Position numbers and translations under genes: made by a program | In this document: piece after piece, positions 11,804 to 24,876 of the stretch | How positions within the stretch are numbered: the first letter of the stretch is position 1 | Layout: every line of letters starts with the position of its first letter | Notes under the pieces: generated by a model | The model's database searches: none | What the model was told of the DNA's origin: nothing | Seen by the model: the letters and a program-made list of their open reading frames with translations, nothing else | Source of the DNA: Lama guanicoe | Taxonomy: Eukaryota | Length of the DNA: 64,000 nucleotides | Assembly (NCBI GenBank): GCA_013239625.1 | Contig: MU053792.1 | Location: 408,941 to 472,940 of the forward strand | Reading direction: 5' to 3'

Positions 11804-14786
11804 TACTATGAAATCAAAAACCTCTTTTTTAAACTGGAGCTATTATGTTAATATTAGAAAAATTCCATCACAGAACGAGAGACATGGCCAGTGACAAAGA
11901 GGGAAATTTCATAAAGATAAAGGGGTCAGCTTATCAGGAGAACATAATCCCAAAGGTGTATGGATCCTAAAACAGAGCTTCAAGATATGTGAAGCAAAAT
12001 TTCATGAGAAGAATACTAGTCAAATCTATAATTATCACTGGAAATTTCAATACTTCTCTCTCAATAATTGTTAAACAAGTAGATAGAAAATCAGAAAGAC
12101 ATAAAAAACTTGAATACTATCAACCAATTTCTACATGTTTATATTCATGGAACACTTTCTCTAAAAGCAACATTAAATATACATTCTTTTCAAGTAATGT
12201 GGAACATTCACCAAGATAGACCAAATTCTGAGTCACAAGGCAAATCTTAATAAATTTAAATGAATAGAACTTGTACAAAATATGTTGTCTGACCAAGTAA
12301 CTTATACTGAAAGAAAAAAGATGAAATCTGGAACATCTCCAAATATTTGAAAATTAATAAACACAAAATGGGTTTAAACCAATCCATGAATTAAAGAAGA
12401 AATTATAAGTAAAACTAGAAAGTATCTAAATCAAATGAAAATCAAAACATGATATATCAGTATTTGTGGGATGCAGCTAAGCAGTGCTTAGAGGGAAAAT
12501 TATACTTTTTAAATACCTATATTGGAAAATAAAAAGTTCTCATATTTATAATATTGTTGTCTACCTTAAGAAACTACAGAGAAAAAAGCAATTTAAACAT
12601 AAAATAAGCAGAAATTTTAAAATGATAATTTTTAAAAGCATTAAAGAATGAAATAAAAGTAATAACAATAGAGAAAACCAATGAAATCATAAGCTGGTTC
12701 TTTACAAAGAGTATAAAAATTTATAGACTCTAAACATACAGACTAGGATAAAGAAAAGACCCAAATAAGAGATGTTACAAATATCACTAAAGATCCTCCA
12801 AGCATCAAAAGATTAACATAGACTATTATAAATATTGTATGCTGATAAGTCAACAATGAAGGCAATCTGTTCAAATCACTTTGCAAGATACAAATTGCCA
12901 AAGCTCACATGAGAGAAAATATAGAACTTAAATAACCTTTCATCTATTAGACAAATTGGCTCTATGTTTAAAATTGTTCCCCCAGTGAAAATTCTAGGCT
13001 GAGATGAGTTCACTGTGGAGTCTGCCAAATACTTATGTAAGAAATCATATCAATCTTACACAAACTCTTCAGAAAATAGTTTTTCCATCTTATTTTATGA
13101 GGTCAGAAATATCCAGATACAAAACCCAAAGGCATTGCAAGAAAAGGAAGCTAGACACCAAAGTCTACCATTAATTTAAAAGTAAATGTCTTCAACAAAA
13201 TTTTTGAAAAGTTGAATCCAGGAATATATACAAAGAATTAGAATCTTTACCAAGTGTGGTTCATCCCAGGATGCATGGTTGACTTAAATTAACATTTGAA
13301 AACTGAGCAATGTATTTCACCATGTTAACACACTGAAAAGGAAAGAAATACATATATTTATTTCAATAGATGTAAAATATAAATTGACAAAATTCATACT
13401 CATTCATGATTAAATAAAAAAAATCTATCAGCAAACTAGAAATATGAGAACTCCCTCAACCTAGTCAAAGGCATATAAGAAAAATGTACAGCTAATACCA
13501 TAATTAATTGTTAAAAGCTGAATGCTATTCCTCTAAGATTGAAAACATTATAAGGTATCTGCTCTTACCACTTTTATTCTACTTCAAAACAGAAGACCTA
13601 GTCAAAGCAATAAATAAATTAAAATGCAAGTAAAGGAAATAAAAGACTTAAAAATTGAAGAGGAGGAAGTAAATTCTCTTTAATCATAGATACCATGATT
13701 TTTTTATGAAGGAAATCCTGACATATACAAGAAATCAGCCAGAACTAATGAATGCATGTAGCAATGTCACAGTATATGAGGTCAATATACAAAATTCAAC
13801 TGTGTTTCTATATCTGAACAATGAAGAAATGGACATTGGAATTTAAAAAACACCATTTATGGGTGCAAATGAAAATATGAAACATTTAGAAAGGAATTTA
13901 ACAATAGGTATATGATCTAGACAATGAAAACCACTAAACATTGCAAATAAATCAAGACAAAATAGAGAGCATACCGTGTTCATTAATCTGAAGGCTCATT
14001 ATCATTAAGATGGGAGCTCCAAAAGTTGAACAATGGATTCAACTTAATCCCTATCAAAGTTCTGATAGGCTTATTTTTGCAGACATTGAAAAGCTCTTGT
14101 TTATATTTATATGCAAATGAAAGGAACCAGAATAGCCAAAATAGCTATAAAAGTAGAATAAATCTGAAGCACTTACACACCTTATTTCAAGGTAAAGAGA
14201 GTGTGGTATGGTATAAAGATAGATATACAGGTCAATGCAAATAATACAGAGTTCAGAAATAGAAACAAATGTATTAATGTATTAGGTCAATTGATTTTCA
14301 ACAAAAGACTCAAAGTAATTAATGGAGAAAGGATCATTCTTTCAACAAATGGTTCAGGTACTGTTGAATGTGCAAAAGGAAATAAACCTTGACCCATACC
14401 TTATGCCACATATAAAAATTAATTCATAAGAGACAGTAGACCTCAATATACTAAACAGGAGTATACAACTTCTTGTAGACAACAAAAGTGAAAATATTTA
14501 TGACCTTGAGTTTAGCAAAGTTCTTTCGTGTATAGAACATGGAAATCCCAAATCATAAATAAAATGATGGAAAATTGTATCTGAACAAAATTTAAAATGT
14601 TTCTTCTCAAAAATACCATTAATAAAATAAAAAGCTAAACGCTAGGAGAAAATATTTGTAAAAATATGTATTTGATAAAGGATATATATCTAGAATATAT
14701 AAAGAGCATTTACAACTCAATAAAAATAAAACAAATTGTCCAATTTTTAAAAAACACACAAAATATTTGAACAAGAACTTCAGGAG

Positions 14787-15092
14787 TGAAGTGCTGATCC
14801 ATGCTAAAACATGACTGGACCTCAGAAACATGATAAATGGAAAAAGCTAGTCAGAAAATACCACATATTCTGTGATTTCATTTATATGAAATTTCCAGAA
14901 TAAGTGAACCTATGGAGGAAGGTGGAGTAGTTGCCTACTCTTTGGGGGGTGAGAAAGATACTCTAAAATTAGATTATGGTAATGGTAATGGTAACTTTGT
15001 AAATACACTGAAACTCTTTTAATGGTATATTTCCAATGGGTGACTTTTATGGCATATAATTATATCTTAATGAGTCTATTAATTTAAAAAAC
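14787..15092 (+). mobile_element. L1MB-like 3' UTR fragment nested in the older L1
   Basis: gaagtgctgatccatgctaaaacatg...catttatatgaaatttccagaataag...tctaaaattagattatggt...aattatatctta. Confidence 0.7.
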
Positions 15093-15094
15093 TA

Positions 15095-16030
15095 CAAAAT
15101 GATAAGTAAGAATACAAAAAATGATTGACATAATTAACAATTAGGGAAATTATCCAAAATGAGAAATCTCTACACATCCAAAATGGCTAAAAATAACTTG
15201 GATAATAGCAAATGCTGGAGAAACTCTTTCCCTCATATATTACTAGTTGGAATTGAAAATGGTACATCCTTGGGGGAAGGTAGAGTTCAAATTGTAGAGC
15301 ACATGCTTAGCATGCAGGAGGTCCTGGGATTGATCCCCAGTACCTCCTCTAAAAAATAACTAACTAAATAAACCTAATTACCTCCCTCCCCCCCAAAAAA
15401 AAATTAAATAAATGAATTTCAAAAGTGGTACAACCTTTCTGAAAACCATTTGGCAGTTTGTATGAAGTTAAATATACATTTTTCATGTCACCAAGAAATC
15501 TCACTCCTAGACAGTTATCCAAAGATATAAAAACCTATGTGCCCATGCAAAAATATGTAAGTTCTAAGCAGCTTTATTCATAATAGCCAAATATTAAACA
15601 CAATCCAAATTTCCATCAAATTGTGAATAGATAAATAAATTGAGATGTATGTTTCCATGAAGGAATACTACTGAGAAATGGGAAGAAGCACACCTCTGAC
15701 ACACACAGCAACACAGACAGACACCCACAATGTTATGCTGGTTACCAAAGCAGCCAGACACAAAGAGCTGCACACACACTGCATAATTCCATTTATATAA
15801 AGTTCTAGAAAAGGAAAAACCATAGAGACATAGCATACCAATTGTACCAGAAGAGAGAAGTTAGGAGAAATGATTAAATACAAAGGGGTATGAGTTAAAT
15901 TTTTGAGGTGTAATTATTCTATATGTGATATATGGATATATATAATATATGTTTAATACTCAATGAATTGAACATTTTAAATTATTAAATATAATAGTAT
16001 ATAAATACTGCCTCAATAAAGTTGATTTTA
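15095..16030 (+). mobile_element. Old LINE-1 ORF2 end and 3' UTR (continuation)
   Basis: aaaccatttggcagtt, ctcactcctag, gcagctttattcataatagcc, ends ctcaataaagttgattttaaaaa. Confidence 0.8.
15272..15420 (+). mobile_element. tRNA-Ala-derived camelid SINE (Vic-1-like)
   Basis: tRNA-like head ggggaaggtagagttcaa...gcttagcatgcaggaggtcctgggattgatcccc, tail aataaacctaattacctcc, A-rich end; degenerate TSD aaaatggtacatcctt / aaaagtggtacaacctt. Confidence 0.85.
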
Positions 16031-16176
16031 AAAATCATTTAAACACTTGCTCTCACTTTTGCTCATATGATAACCTATCATTAATCTCATATCTATACCA
16101 AAGGCATTTTACTTATATTACAAATATTTTTATTTTGCCTTTGCACACCTTTAATTAAGCTAGCTATTTTTTCTAG

Positions 16177-16232
16177 TGTAGCATCTTTGATTTAGAGAAA
16201 AGATTGTAGCATCTTTGATTTAGAGAAAAGAT
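16177..16232. repeat. Perfect 28-bp tandem duplication
   Basis: tgtagcatctttgatttagagaaaagat at 16177-16204 and 16205-16232. Confidence 0.97.
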
Positions 16233-18857
16233 AACTCTTTCTCCACAGCAGCGATGAGAGCTTTTCGTATTCCATCATCTTCAAGGAATCACTTTTGTAA
16301 TTAAATCTCTTCATACATGTGAATTATTAAGTTTTGTGTAGTGCTTTTGTGCTACATGTTTGAATCATAGTGTCTCTGGTCAAATAGTCCACTTGCTGTC
16401 TGCCTGGTCTGGGCAAGAACCTGAGTATTTTCCTTTGTCCAGTGAGAAAAATAAAATTACATTTTTACTGTCATGGAGGTGAAAGGAGCTAGAACCATGC
16501 CTCGTTAGTAAGGAGTACTTAATTAACATTAGCTTATTTACTACTAACAGTACTGCTATGAACTCAGTGCAGCTTCTCTTCCCTGAGAATTCATGTGCTT
16601 TGCACACACTTGCACTCTGCTCTAGCGACACCTGACACACAGATATCTCATGCAAAAGTAGTTACATTTCTTGTGGCAATTAATTAGACTCTTCCATTCT
16701 CAATTGCAAAAGACACAGGTGTTCTTTAAACATAGTGAGCTAAGCAAGTAACTGTAGTTACTGGACTGGGGAGAGGTATCACAGTCTAAAAGGCAAGAGG
16801 AGTTTTAATTCACAAGGTAGATATGTTCCAATCTCTAACATTTACTGATCTCTAAGTAATCAATTATTGAGGGAAGTTCCAAGATTTTTGTGTTTGATGT
16901 TTTAACAAGTTTCCAAGAGAGTATTTAGTTTTAGCAGGAAAACCTTACCACTTGCCTCCTATGGGAAGAGCATATTCATTTACAAGCCTTCCAATTTCTT
17001 ACTATAATTATACAAACAATGTACTATACTAATACTGCCACAATTTTATCATAAATTAATGAAAAATACACAAATGAAAACATTTTCATTAGCATAACAG
17101 ATTAAAAGGGTATAAGAGCCATCAAACTGAATAAAAACAACAACATTTATAATGTTTTGGAAGTAATTTCCATTAATGTAAAAACAGACTGAGAAAGGAA
17201 ATCCTAAAGTAAAGTCTCACTTCAATGATGTGGAAGAATATGAGCAACAAAGAAGTATACAGAGGGCGTATTAGCCTTCCCCGACTCCATATCTTTTGAT
17301 TGAAAAATAAAAGTCCACGTCAATCAGAAAATCCAGCAGAAAATCCACACAACTGCCAAATTTCCCCTCTCCTCAACCTACCATCCTCAGTAACTGTTTT
17401 TCTAAATCCACTGAAAGGCTACAATTGCAATGAAAAAACATGACAGCAAATAGGTTCACTTGTGCTAGGTGTATGCAAGACATGCGGGTTTCATGCATTG
17501 CAGATAATTTATTTAACACAGGAAAACCACAGGTTCCCTTGTTGTGTTCTATTGATTGTTCATAATCAGAAACTTGTAAGGAGTGGGAGAGGTGTGGCAA
17601 AAGTTGAGGCTTTCAACTTTGGAAGAAGCAATCGGATAAAAGCCAATTAGAAATTTGAGTCAGGACTAGGAATTGGGCACATTATTCTGCTCTGCAACTT
17701 CAGATATGAATGGGGGATTCTAACAGCACATAAATGATCAATAGAGTGGTTGAAAATCAGTTCAAATCTGCTCTTTATTGCTAAACATAGTAGTGATGAA
17801 GAAATTTCAAAGCCCAAAATAAAGGAAATGTTGCTTAAAGGCTAAGAGAAAGAACAAACTTCTAGAAATAAAGAAAAAGAAGAAATTATTAGAAGAATTT
17901 TACTTCATATGTGTAAGTAAGTATCAGTTCTATGGAATATTACACTAAGTTTTTGATTGCTCCGGAAATAATTTATTATGGTATGGCCTCAAATAATTGA
18001 AATTTCTGTATAAGAAAACAGAAAGAAATAGTCTAGATATACTGATCTGTTAATTTTTTAATTATTCAGTGTCTAATATATACCTAGGGAATGTATCCAA
18101 GCCAAAAAGAATCAACTTGAGTAATGCAGTTTAATTATGTTTATCATATCAGGCAATATAAATGAAAAATATCTACCTATGCACATTGAAGCTATTCAAT
18201 ACATTATAGAAACAGCACATAAAGAGGGGAAAGAAAGTACACTGTCCTCAGATTCAGATATATTTTTGTTCATGCAAAAGCTAAGAAGTAATGCAATCAA
18301 CAAACCATTAATGAAAAGTAATTTAGGGACACTTTAAAATCAAAATTCAAAATATATCATTAGGGTTGTAATTATATGAAAGAAAGATATAAAGAGTATT
18401 AAAATATCTCAAATATAGAACTAAGTTAAAATGATTGCTATAAACTCCTTTTAAATTAAAATGTCAATGACAATATTGTTGAAAGAATATGAAGTAAAAA
18501 ATAAATAAGATTTCATATAAAGTACAGTACCAATTTATACAAATATTTGTACAAGTAAACAGATGGATAAAGAGATAATGTAGATACAAGATAAATAGAA
18601 TTTAGGTGATTTTGTTTCATTTTGCTCAATTTTCTAAATTATCTTTAATGTGATTTAATAATTTGGTAGCCAAAAAAGTCTTACTGAAGTATTGTAATAT
18701 AATCAAATAAAATCTATAAAATAATTTTTCTCAACAAATGGTTTGAATGCGAATCTTTTAGAGATAATCTTTTCAAACATACATTTTTAACTTTCCTAAA
18801 ACACAAAATAAGGGGAAAGATTCTTCTAACCTAAAGGAATGGACAGAAAGCTAAACA

Positions 18858-19069
18858 CAGGTGGCCCTTAAACAATGTAGGGATTAGGGGCTCTGAACCT
18901 CACACAGCATAAAATCCAGGTACGACTCTAAAGCCCGCTTGCCTTACCCAGGGCTTGCATCCCCAGGTCAGCCATCCGAGGATCATGTAGTACTGTGGTA
19001 CTTATTGAAAAGAATCTGCATACAAGTGGATGTGTACAATTCAAACCTGTGCTGTTCAAGGGTCATTCA
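18858..19069 (+). mobile_element. TcMar-Tigger MITE (Tigger2a/MER8-like)
   Basis: Degenerate TIRs caggtggcccttaaacaa ... ctgttcaagggtca; internal gtagtactgtggtacttattgaaaagaatctgcatacaagtgga. Confidence 0.8.
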
Positions 19070-19325
19070 TGTTCTGAATATGGTATAGTCATGCCAAAAA
19101 TCTAAAAAAGTACTCATAAAATATATTTTTTCACTTACGATTATAGACTAAAGGTTTATAAGCAGAATGAAACCAAATTAAGAGAATACTTTACAATAAA
19201 TAAGGCTTATCTTAGAAATAATTACATCTTAATGCTGTGAAATACATTATTATGGAATATCACATCAATGGAGTCACAAGAGAAAATATGTTAAATTGAT
19301 GTTAGAAAAGCGTTAATATTCATAC

Positions 19326-19860
19326 TTTAATTTATTGAGATATAATTGACATACAGAACTGTGTAAGTTTAAGGTGCACAGAATAATGACATACAAATAA
19401 TTTGACATGATTACCAAAATAAGTTTAGGTAACATCCATCACCTCAAATAGTTACAAATTTTTTTTCTTGTGATGAGAAACTTTAGGATCTATTCTTAAG
19501 CAACATTCAAATAGACCAGATAGCAATGTTAATAGTAGTCATCATAAAACTCCTAGAAGAAAATATAGGTAAAAAGCTATTTGACATGGATCTTGGCAAT
19601 GATTTTTTTGGATAGGACACTTAAAACGTAAGTAGTGAAATAAAAATAAACAAGCAGGGCAGGATCAAACTAAAAGCTTCTGCACAGCAGAAGAAACAAT
19701 CATCAAAATGAAAAGGCAACCTACTAAATGGGAGAAAATATTTGTGAAATATATATCTAATAAAGATTAAGATCCAAGTATATATAAAAAAGTCATAGAA
19801 CTCAAAGCAAAAAATGATAATTCAATTTATAAGTTAGCAAAGGGTCTGATTAGACATTTT
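19326..19860 (-). mobile_element. L1MA-type 3' end (minus, 19326-19545) fused to a plus-oriented ORF2 piece (19546-19860)
   Basis: ttgagatataattgacatacag...catccatcacctcaaatagttac, then aaaactcctagaagaaaatatagg...ttctgcacagcagaagaaacaatc. Confidence 0.8.
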
Positions 19861-21749
19861 TAAAACTTGGCTTGCTTTTAAAATGGCACTACTATTTTTT
19901 TTTTAAGCAAAGCAGATACATTAATGAGACAATTGTTTCTGAAATGCCACTATATACTCAAAATACACTATTTTATCTTTATCCCTTTTCTGTTGCTCTT
20001 CTTCTTCACCTTTCTTTGCTCTTTTTTAACACTGAAGTTCCATCTCACCACTTCGTAAGCTAAATAAATTCAAGGTCAGTAATATATAATGAATGCTCAG
20101 AGCAAAGAAAAAATGAAAGATACAAACTCAATTGGAAATAGAATTTAGAGTAAAATTTAGACCTTTAAACATTCACATTCTTTAGAAACTGGATATTAGA
20201 TCCTTTGATCTGTTAATCATTTAATAATATGATATAGAAAATAATGAAAGATCCCACTTTCACAGCATCTAAGGATCTCACAGAAGCAAGTAAAATGCAC
20301 ATGGTAAAGGATAGCCTAGGTAGAAAGTGTGTTTAAATGTTTCACATGAATGATTTTGAGTATTCAGAGGAAAAAGATGTCATAGCATGTCTGGAGGAGG
20401 GCCATAGAGAGTGGTAGACGAATGAGAGAAACCTTCTTGGAAAAAATGGGTGTGTGCTAGGATTGTATATCTGAATGTGCAACAAAAGGAGAAGGCCATT
20501 GCTTGGGAGTGGGGGTGGATGGGAGTGGAGAGGACCCACATAAGCCAAAGCTCAGTTATAGGGAAAACACAGGGTCAGTGGTGGATTGCTTTGGCTACAG
20601 TGGAGAGTCCCTGAAGGAGCAGAAGGATGTAGCACTGATTCTTCAAAGGCACCAAAAGCTGAGCTTGTGGACCGTCTACTTAAAGCGAAGATTCAATCCA
20701 TCCAGTTGGTAAAATAGAGCAGCAGGTATATGAGGATTAAATAAGTTATCTAAAGTCCCCAGCATGCCTTTGGCTCACTGGACATAGTATTTCTCCTTTT
20801 TTCAGTAGCAACATAAAGGCACTTGAGGTGTCTGAGTAGAAGAGTGAACTGACCAGAGCTGTGTTCTCAGACAAAGTAATCAAGCAGCCACATTCTGTAT
20901 AACATTGTTAAACAGAGAGAGAAAAAGGAAAAAGGTGTATCTAAAATATATATAGTGTGACTTACTCTAGACTTGAACCTGCCTTAAACTACACTAAGCC
21001 AGGATTTTATTTAATTTGTTCCTCTGAAAAAATTCTCAGCATGTTACATAAGACTAACAAGAACAAGGTTTCCAAGAAAAAATCTTTTAAAAAAATGTGT
21101 GACATGGTGTAGACTGGGGCACACACTTAGTATTTTAACACATGATGGAAAAATTTAGGGACAGAAGGGTAAGGGTTGCAGCTAAAGCTGAAAATACACA
21201 TTTAGACATACTGAAAGCAGCATTTAGCAGAGTGTCTTAGCCGTGGCAGGAAACAAGTGGCAGATAGGCCACTCTTCTTCCTGGCAGGTAATGACAGGGT
21301 CACTCTTTTGGAACAATAAATCAAAACAGACAATGAAGATATGAGACAGGTCCAGGTCACTGAGAGAAATCTGACAGTAGAGTTTTGGGACCAATCTGAT
21401 GCCATGGTGTATGTCTGTGTGGTTAGGGAAGTCTTTCTTCTGCACCTCTCCAAGAAAAAGAGGACAAATGCAACCACACAGAGCATCGTTGTTATTAATT
21501 TGCAGGTAGCAAGTTGTACAGAGCTAGTTTCACCTGCGTGAGAGTCTTCTGACTCTTTTTTCTGGATCTAGTTTGGCGTTTCCTTTCCCTCACTGTCTCT
21601 TTTTCAACACCTGACGCAAACCACCTACACAGAGAGCCCAAGCAATCTCCCTACAAAACAATCTGCAGACTTTTATCAGGACGTTTGTAGAGTGGAGACA
21701 TTCTCATCTAGGGAAGAGGGGAACAATAGCTCAGTCTACCACAGATGTT

Positions 21750-22185
21750 GTTGGTATATTGATGTGAGCCTAAAGACACCAGTTAAAGCCATACGTTTGT
21801 ATGAGATCACCAGTAAAGGGACCACAGGAAAGCAGAGAAGTCTGATGCCTTGGGCACTCCCATCTTTGGACGTCTGGATGAATCAGGAAAAGAGTCTGCA
21901 ATGAAATTGTCAATAATGTGGGAGAAGAACAGAGATTGGTATCCTGAATGTCAAGTGAAATAAATGCTTCAAGAATTAAAGATTGATTAACACGCTGTTA
22001 ACCAAATGCACTGAAGACTGAGAATTGACTATTGTATTTAACAGTGTGCAAGTTATTTGTTACCTTGAGAACAGCGGTTTCTGTAAAGAATGGGAATGAA
22101 AGCCTGATTCAAGTGGGTGCAAAAATGAATAGAAGAAGAAGAAATGAAGCATAGACAACTCTCTAAAAGAGTTTTGCTATATGTA
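21750..22185 (-). mobile_element. L2 LINE fragment
   Basis: ttaaagccat...atgagatcacc...ccttgggcactcc...aagcctgattcaagtgggt...agacaactctctaaaagagttttgct. Confidence 0.7.
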
Positions 22186-24614
22186 ACACAGCACAATGTC
22201 ATCAGCAAAAGGCTTCTTCCTCTCCATGGGGGAAGATGAGGTGCAATCAAATCAGCAGCCCAGACTGATATAAGCTGCTTTCTTCTTCAGAAAAGGGAAG
22301 ATGTCATAGAAATTTCAGCAGCAATTCATTTTGTGAGCTCTTGGAAGACAGAAGAAATAACCACACTAATACTTGAGAAACAACAGTTTTCTTTAAAGAT
22401 GAAGTGGTATCTATTTGTTAATTTCAATTAATTCATATTGATACCATATGGTCTTACAATAAGCTATTCATTTACTTTCTAAATAGGTGAGGAGAGCCAG
22501 CCCCAAGGAATAATAATAATAGTAATTATAATAATAAAAAGAAGAAGGAAAAAGAAACATTCCCTGTATAATCTGAAAAAAAGAATTTTTTGTACATATG
22601 AGATAAAGCACACTATTGTCAAGACATTGACTCTTGACTATCTGACATACAGAAACAATAATAAAATCTGTGTATTGGGTTCAAGTTTGAAGGTAATCTG
22701 TTTTGTTATTCTCAAACATGCAAAGTTTTACCAGAAATCAAAGTAAAGGCAGCTGTATGTGTTTAGTATTCAGAAATGACACTTCAGATTATAGTACTTA
22801 GAGTGATCAAAATAGCCAGATCTTGATAGGAATATAAAGGAATAATTAATCTGATCATTATAATCCCTTATTTGGATTAATGATGTGATTCAATCAGTTT
22901 TAAGCAAGCAGAGATTTTGAAGCTGGAAAGATTGATTACTTGGATTTTGATCAATTCAGTCATGCTATAAAGAATCACCAGAATGTGCCAAACACACATT
23001 TTCCCTATTGTCAATATGTGGTTGAGTTTCCCACATGATCTGTTTAATACTGACGCAGCAGCTAAAAATTTCAAAACCTGTAAGATCAGGTATCGAATTT
23101 GACAATTTTTCTTTCTAGATGAATAATAAAAATTTTAGTTTTAGCATATATAATATCTAGCTCTTCACAAGTCAACATTTTACCTCTCTTGAGACTTAAG
23201 AATTTTTGCCCAAGAACTATGGACTGTTGTATCCTTGAAGTACCATAAAATGCATACTTGAGACCAAATGGCTTTTTTCTTTCATATTCTCCAATCAGTC
23301 ATCTGAAGGAGAAATGTTTTAAAGTTGAGCCAGTCTTCCTTTCCTTTTGAACACTTAGACAGAATTGTCTGCAAACTTGTATGCATTTAAAGGGAGGTTA
23401 GACTCAAGCCCCTGTAATATCAAGGCAGGTTTAAAGTATCACTTGTCAGTATTTGAATGTTTCCTTCCAGATACAGAAAGCAAGAGTCAGACTCCACATC
23501 CCTCAGAGAAACTGATTTGTTAGAATAGATCCTTGGCTTTGCCAATGTTGGATTTCAATTTACCAGATAAACAACATCATAGTTAGATACTTCTCACAGA
23601 AAATGTATAAGGCAGTAGAAAAAGTGAGTCATCTGGTATGACCCATGCAAGTTTACAAAATGTGTGATCTATATGAAATAAGCAGGAATTAAAAGGTAAA
23701 TGTAGTGTGCATATGAAGTATGGTTGTGTGGGGGGGTGGTAATACACCAATTATTAAATGCCTTTTGCCAAATACCTACTTTCCTGAAGTTGAACATATC
23801 TATGCACATGTTTTTTTCTCAATTTATAGAAAAAATGATATTATATTGTCTTATTTTTTCAAACAAAATCCAAGTGAAAGAAAACTGTTCCCTCCTTAAA
23901 ATGGATGCTGCTCTTCAATGAAGTAGACCGATGCTTCACTTGTAGATTTTAATGCTTGACCAAGTGCTGTAGGTAAAAAGGAAAGGCTCACAGAATAGGA
24001 ACACTAGAAATCAGCCTTTAACTGAATTCAAACCCATGGCCAAATACATATTCAATAAATTCAAAATATATCTACAGCCAGAAATGTAGGTCAAGAATAA
24101 ATTTCAATCCATGAAGCACTTGTTTTTGTATTTATATATTCAAATTTTTATATTTGATGGATACTTTGATATATATGCACTCTGGGATAATTTGTGTATC
24201 TGTTTCAAAATTGGGCCTATCTTAGGTAGGTCAGTAAGGCAAGCTAAAGATTAGCTCAGCAGATGTCACTTTGATGGTGGTGTGATTAATCTCTTGAGAA
24301 AGAAGTTGATTGTTAACTCCAAGGGAAAAAAAGCCCTCTTATTCACTGAGACATGTTTTAGATGGAACAGAATAAAAAAGTAGAGGAGAATTTTCAAGGT
24401 TAAGAGACCAAGAATTGGGATGATTCCTGAAGGAAATTTTGATCAAATTTCTAGCTTAGTGTGTCAGATATTGGACTACACTTTTTATAGGAGCCCTATG
24501 AATGAGCAAATGGATATAAGAATAAACTGATGTCAGTTTATAGCCTGAACAGGTTACTACCAATAACAGACCACTGTAAATTTTTTTCCAAAATTCTTTT
24601 TCTTTCATTTATTA

Positions 24615-24778
24615 GCTTGGTTTGAGCAATGTTTTAACCTCTCTAATTCTCACTTTCTTAATAAAAAAGCCTACCTCACATTGTTGTGAGGATTATTTGA
24701 GAAAAATGCATGGAAAGCATTTCTCATAGTGCCTGATATAATGTAAATCTACAATTCAAATGCATGTTATTCTTATTA
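24615..24778 (+). mobile_element. MIR SINE
   Basis: ttaacctctcta...cctacctcacattgttgtgaggatta...aaagcatttctcatagtgcctg. Confidence 0.75.
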
Positions 24779-24876
24779 GGGGGGAAGAAGAAACAATTAC
24801 TGCAAACAATTTCAGAATTTAAAGATGTAAGTGGATTGCTAATAAGGTGGTGAGAAATACTCAAGAATTCTTTCAG

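Larger units (their letters stand above)
10430..14785 (+). mobile_element. Large old LINE-1 (ORF1 end plus most of ORF2), interrupted by an LTR
   Basis: Co-linear decayed EN/RT motifs (aaatttcaatacttctctc, ggaacattcaccaagatagacca, tgtgggatgcagctaagcagtgcttagaggg, ggttcatcccaggatgca, ttcaacaaatggt); ORF-track peptide IIITGNFNTSLS. Confidence 0.9.

Noticed and set aside
16944..16975. Possible 10-nt minus-strand micro-exon (cccatag|gaggcaagtg|gtaagg)
   Set aside because: Short pyrimidine tract, not frame-preserving, and expected by chance at this window size.
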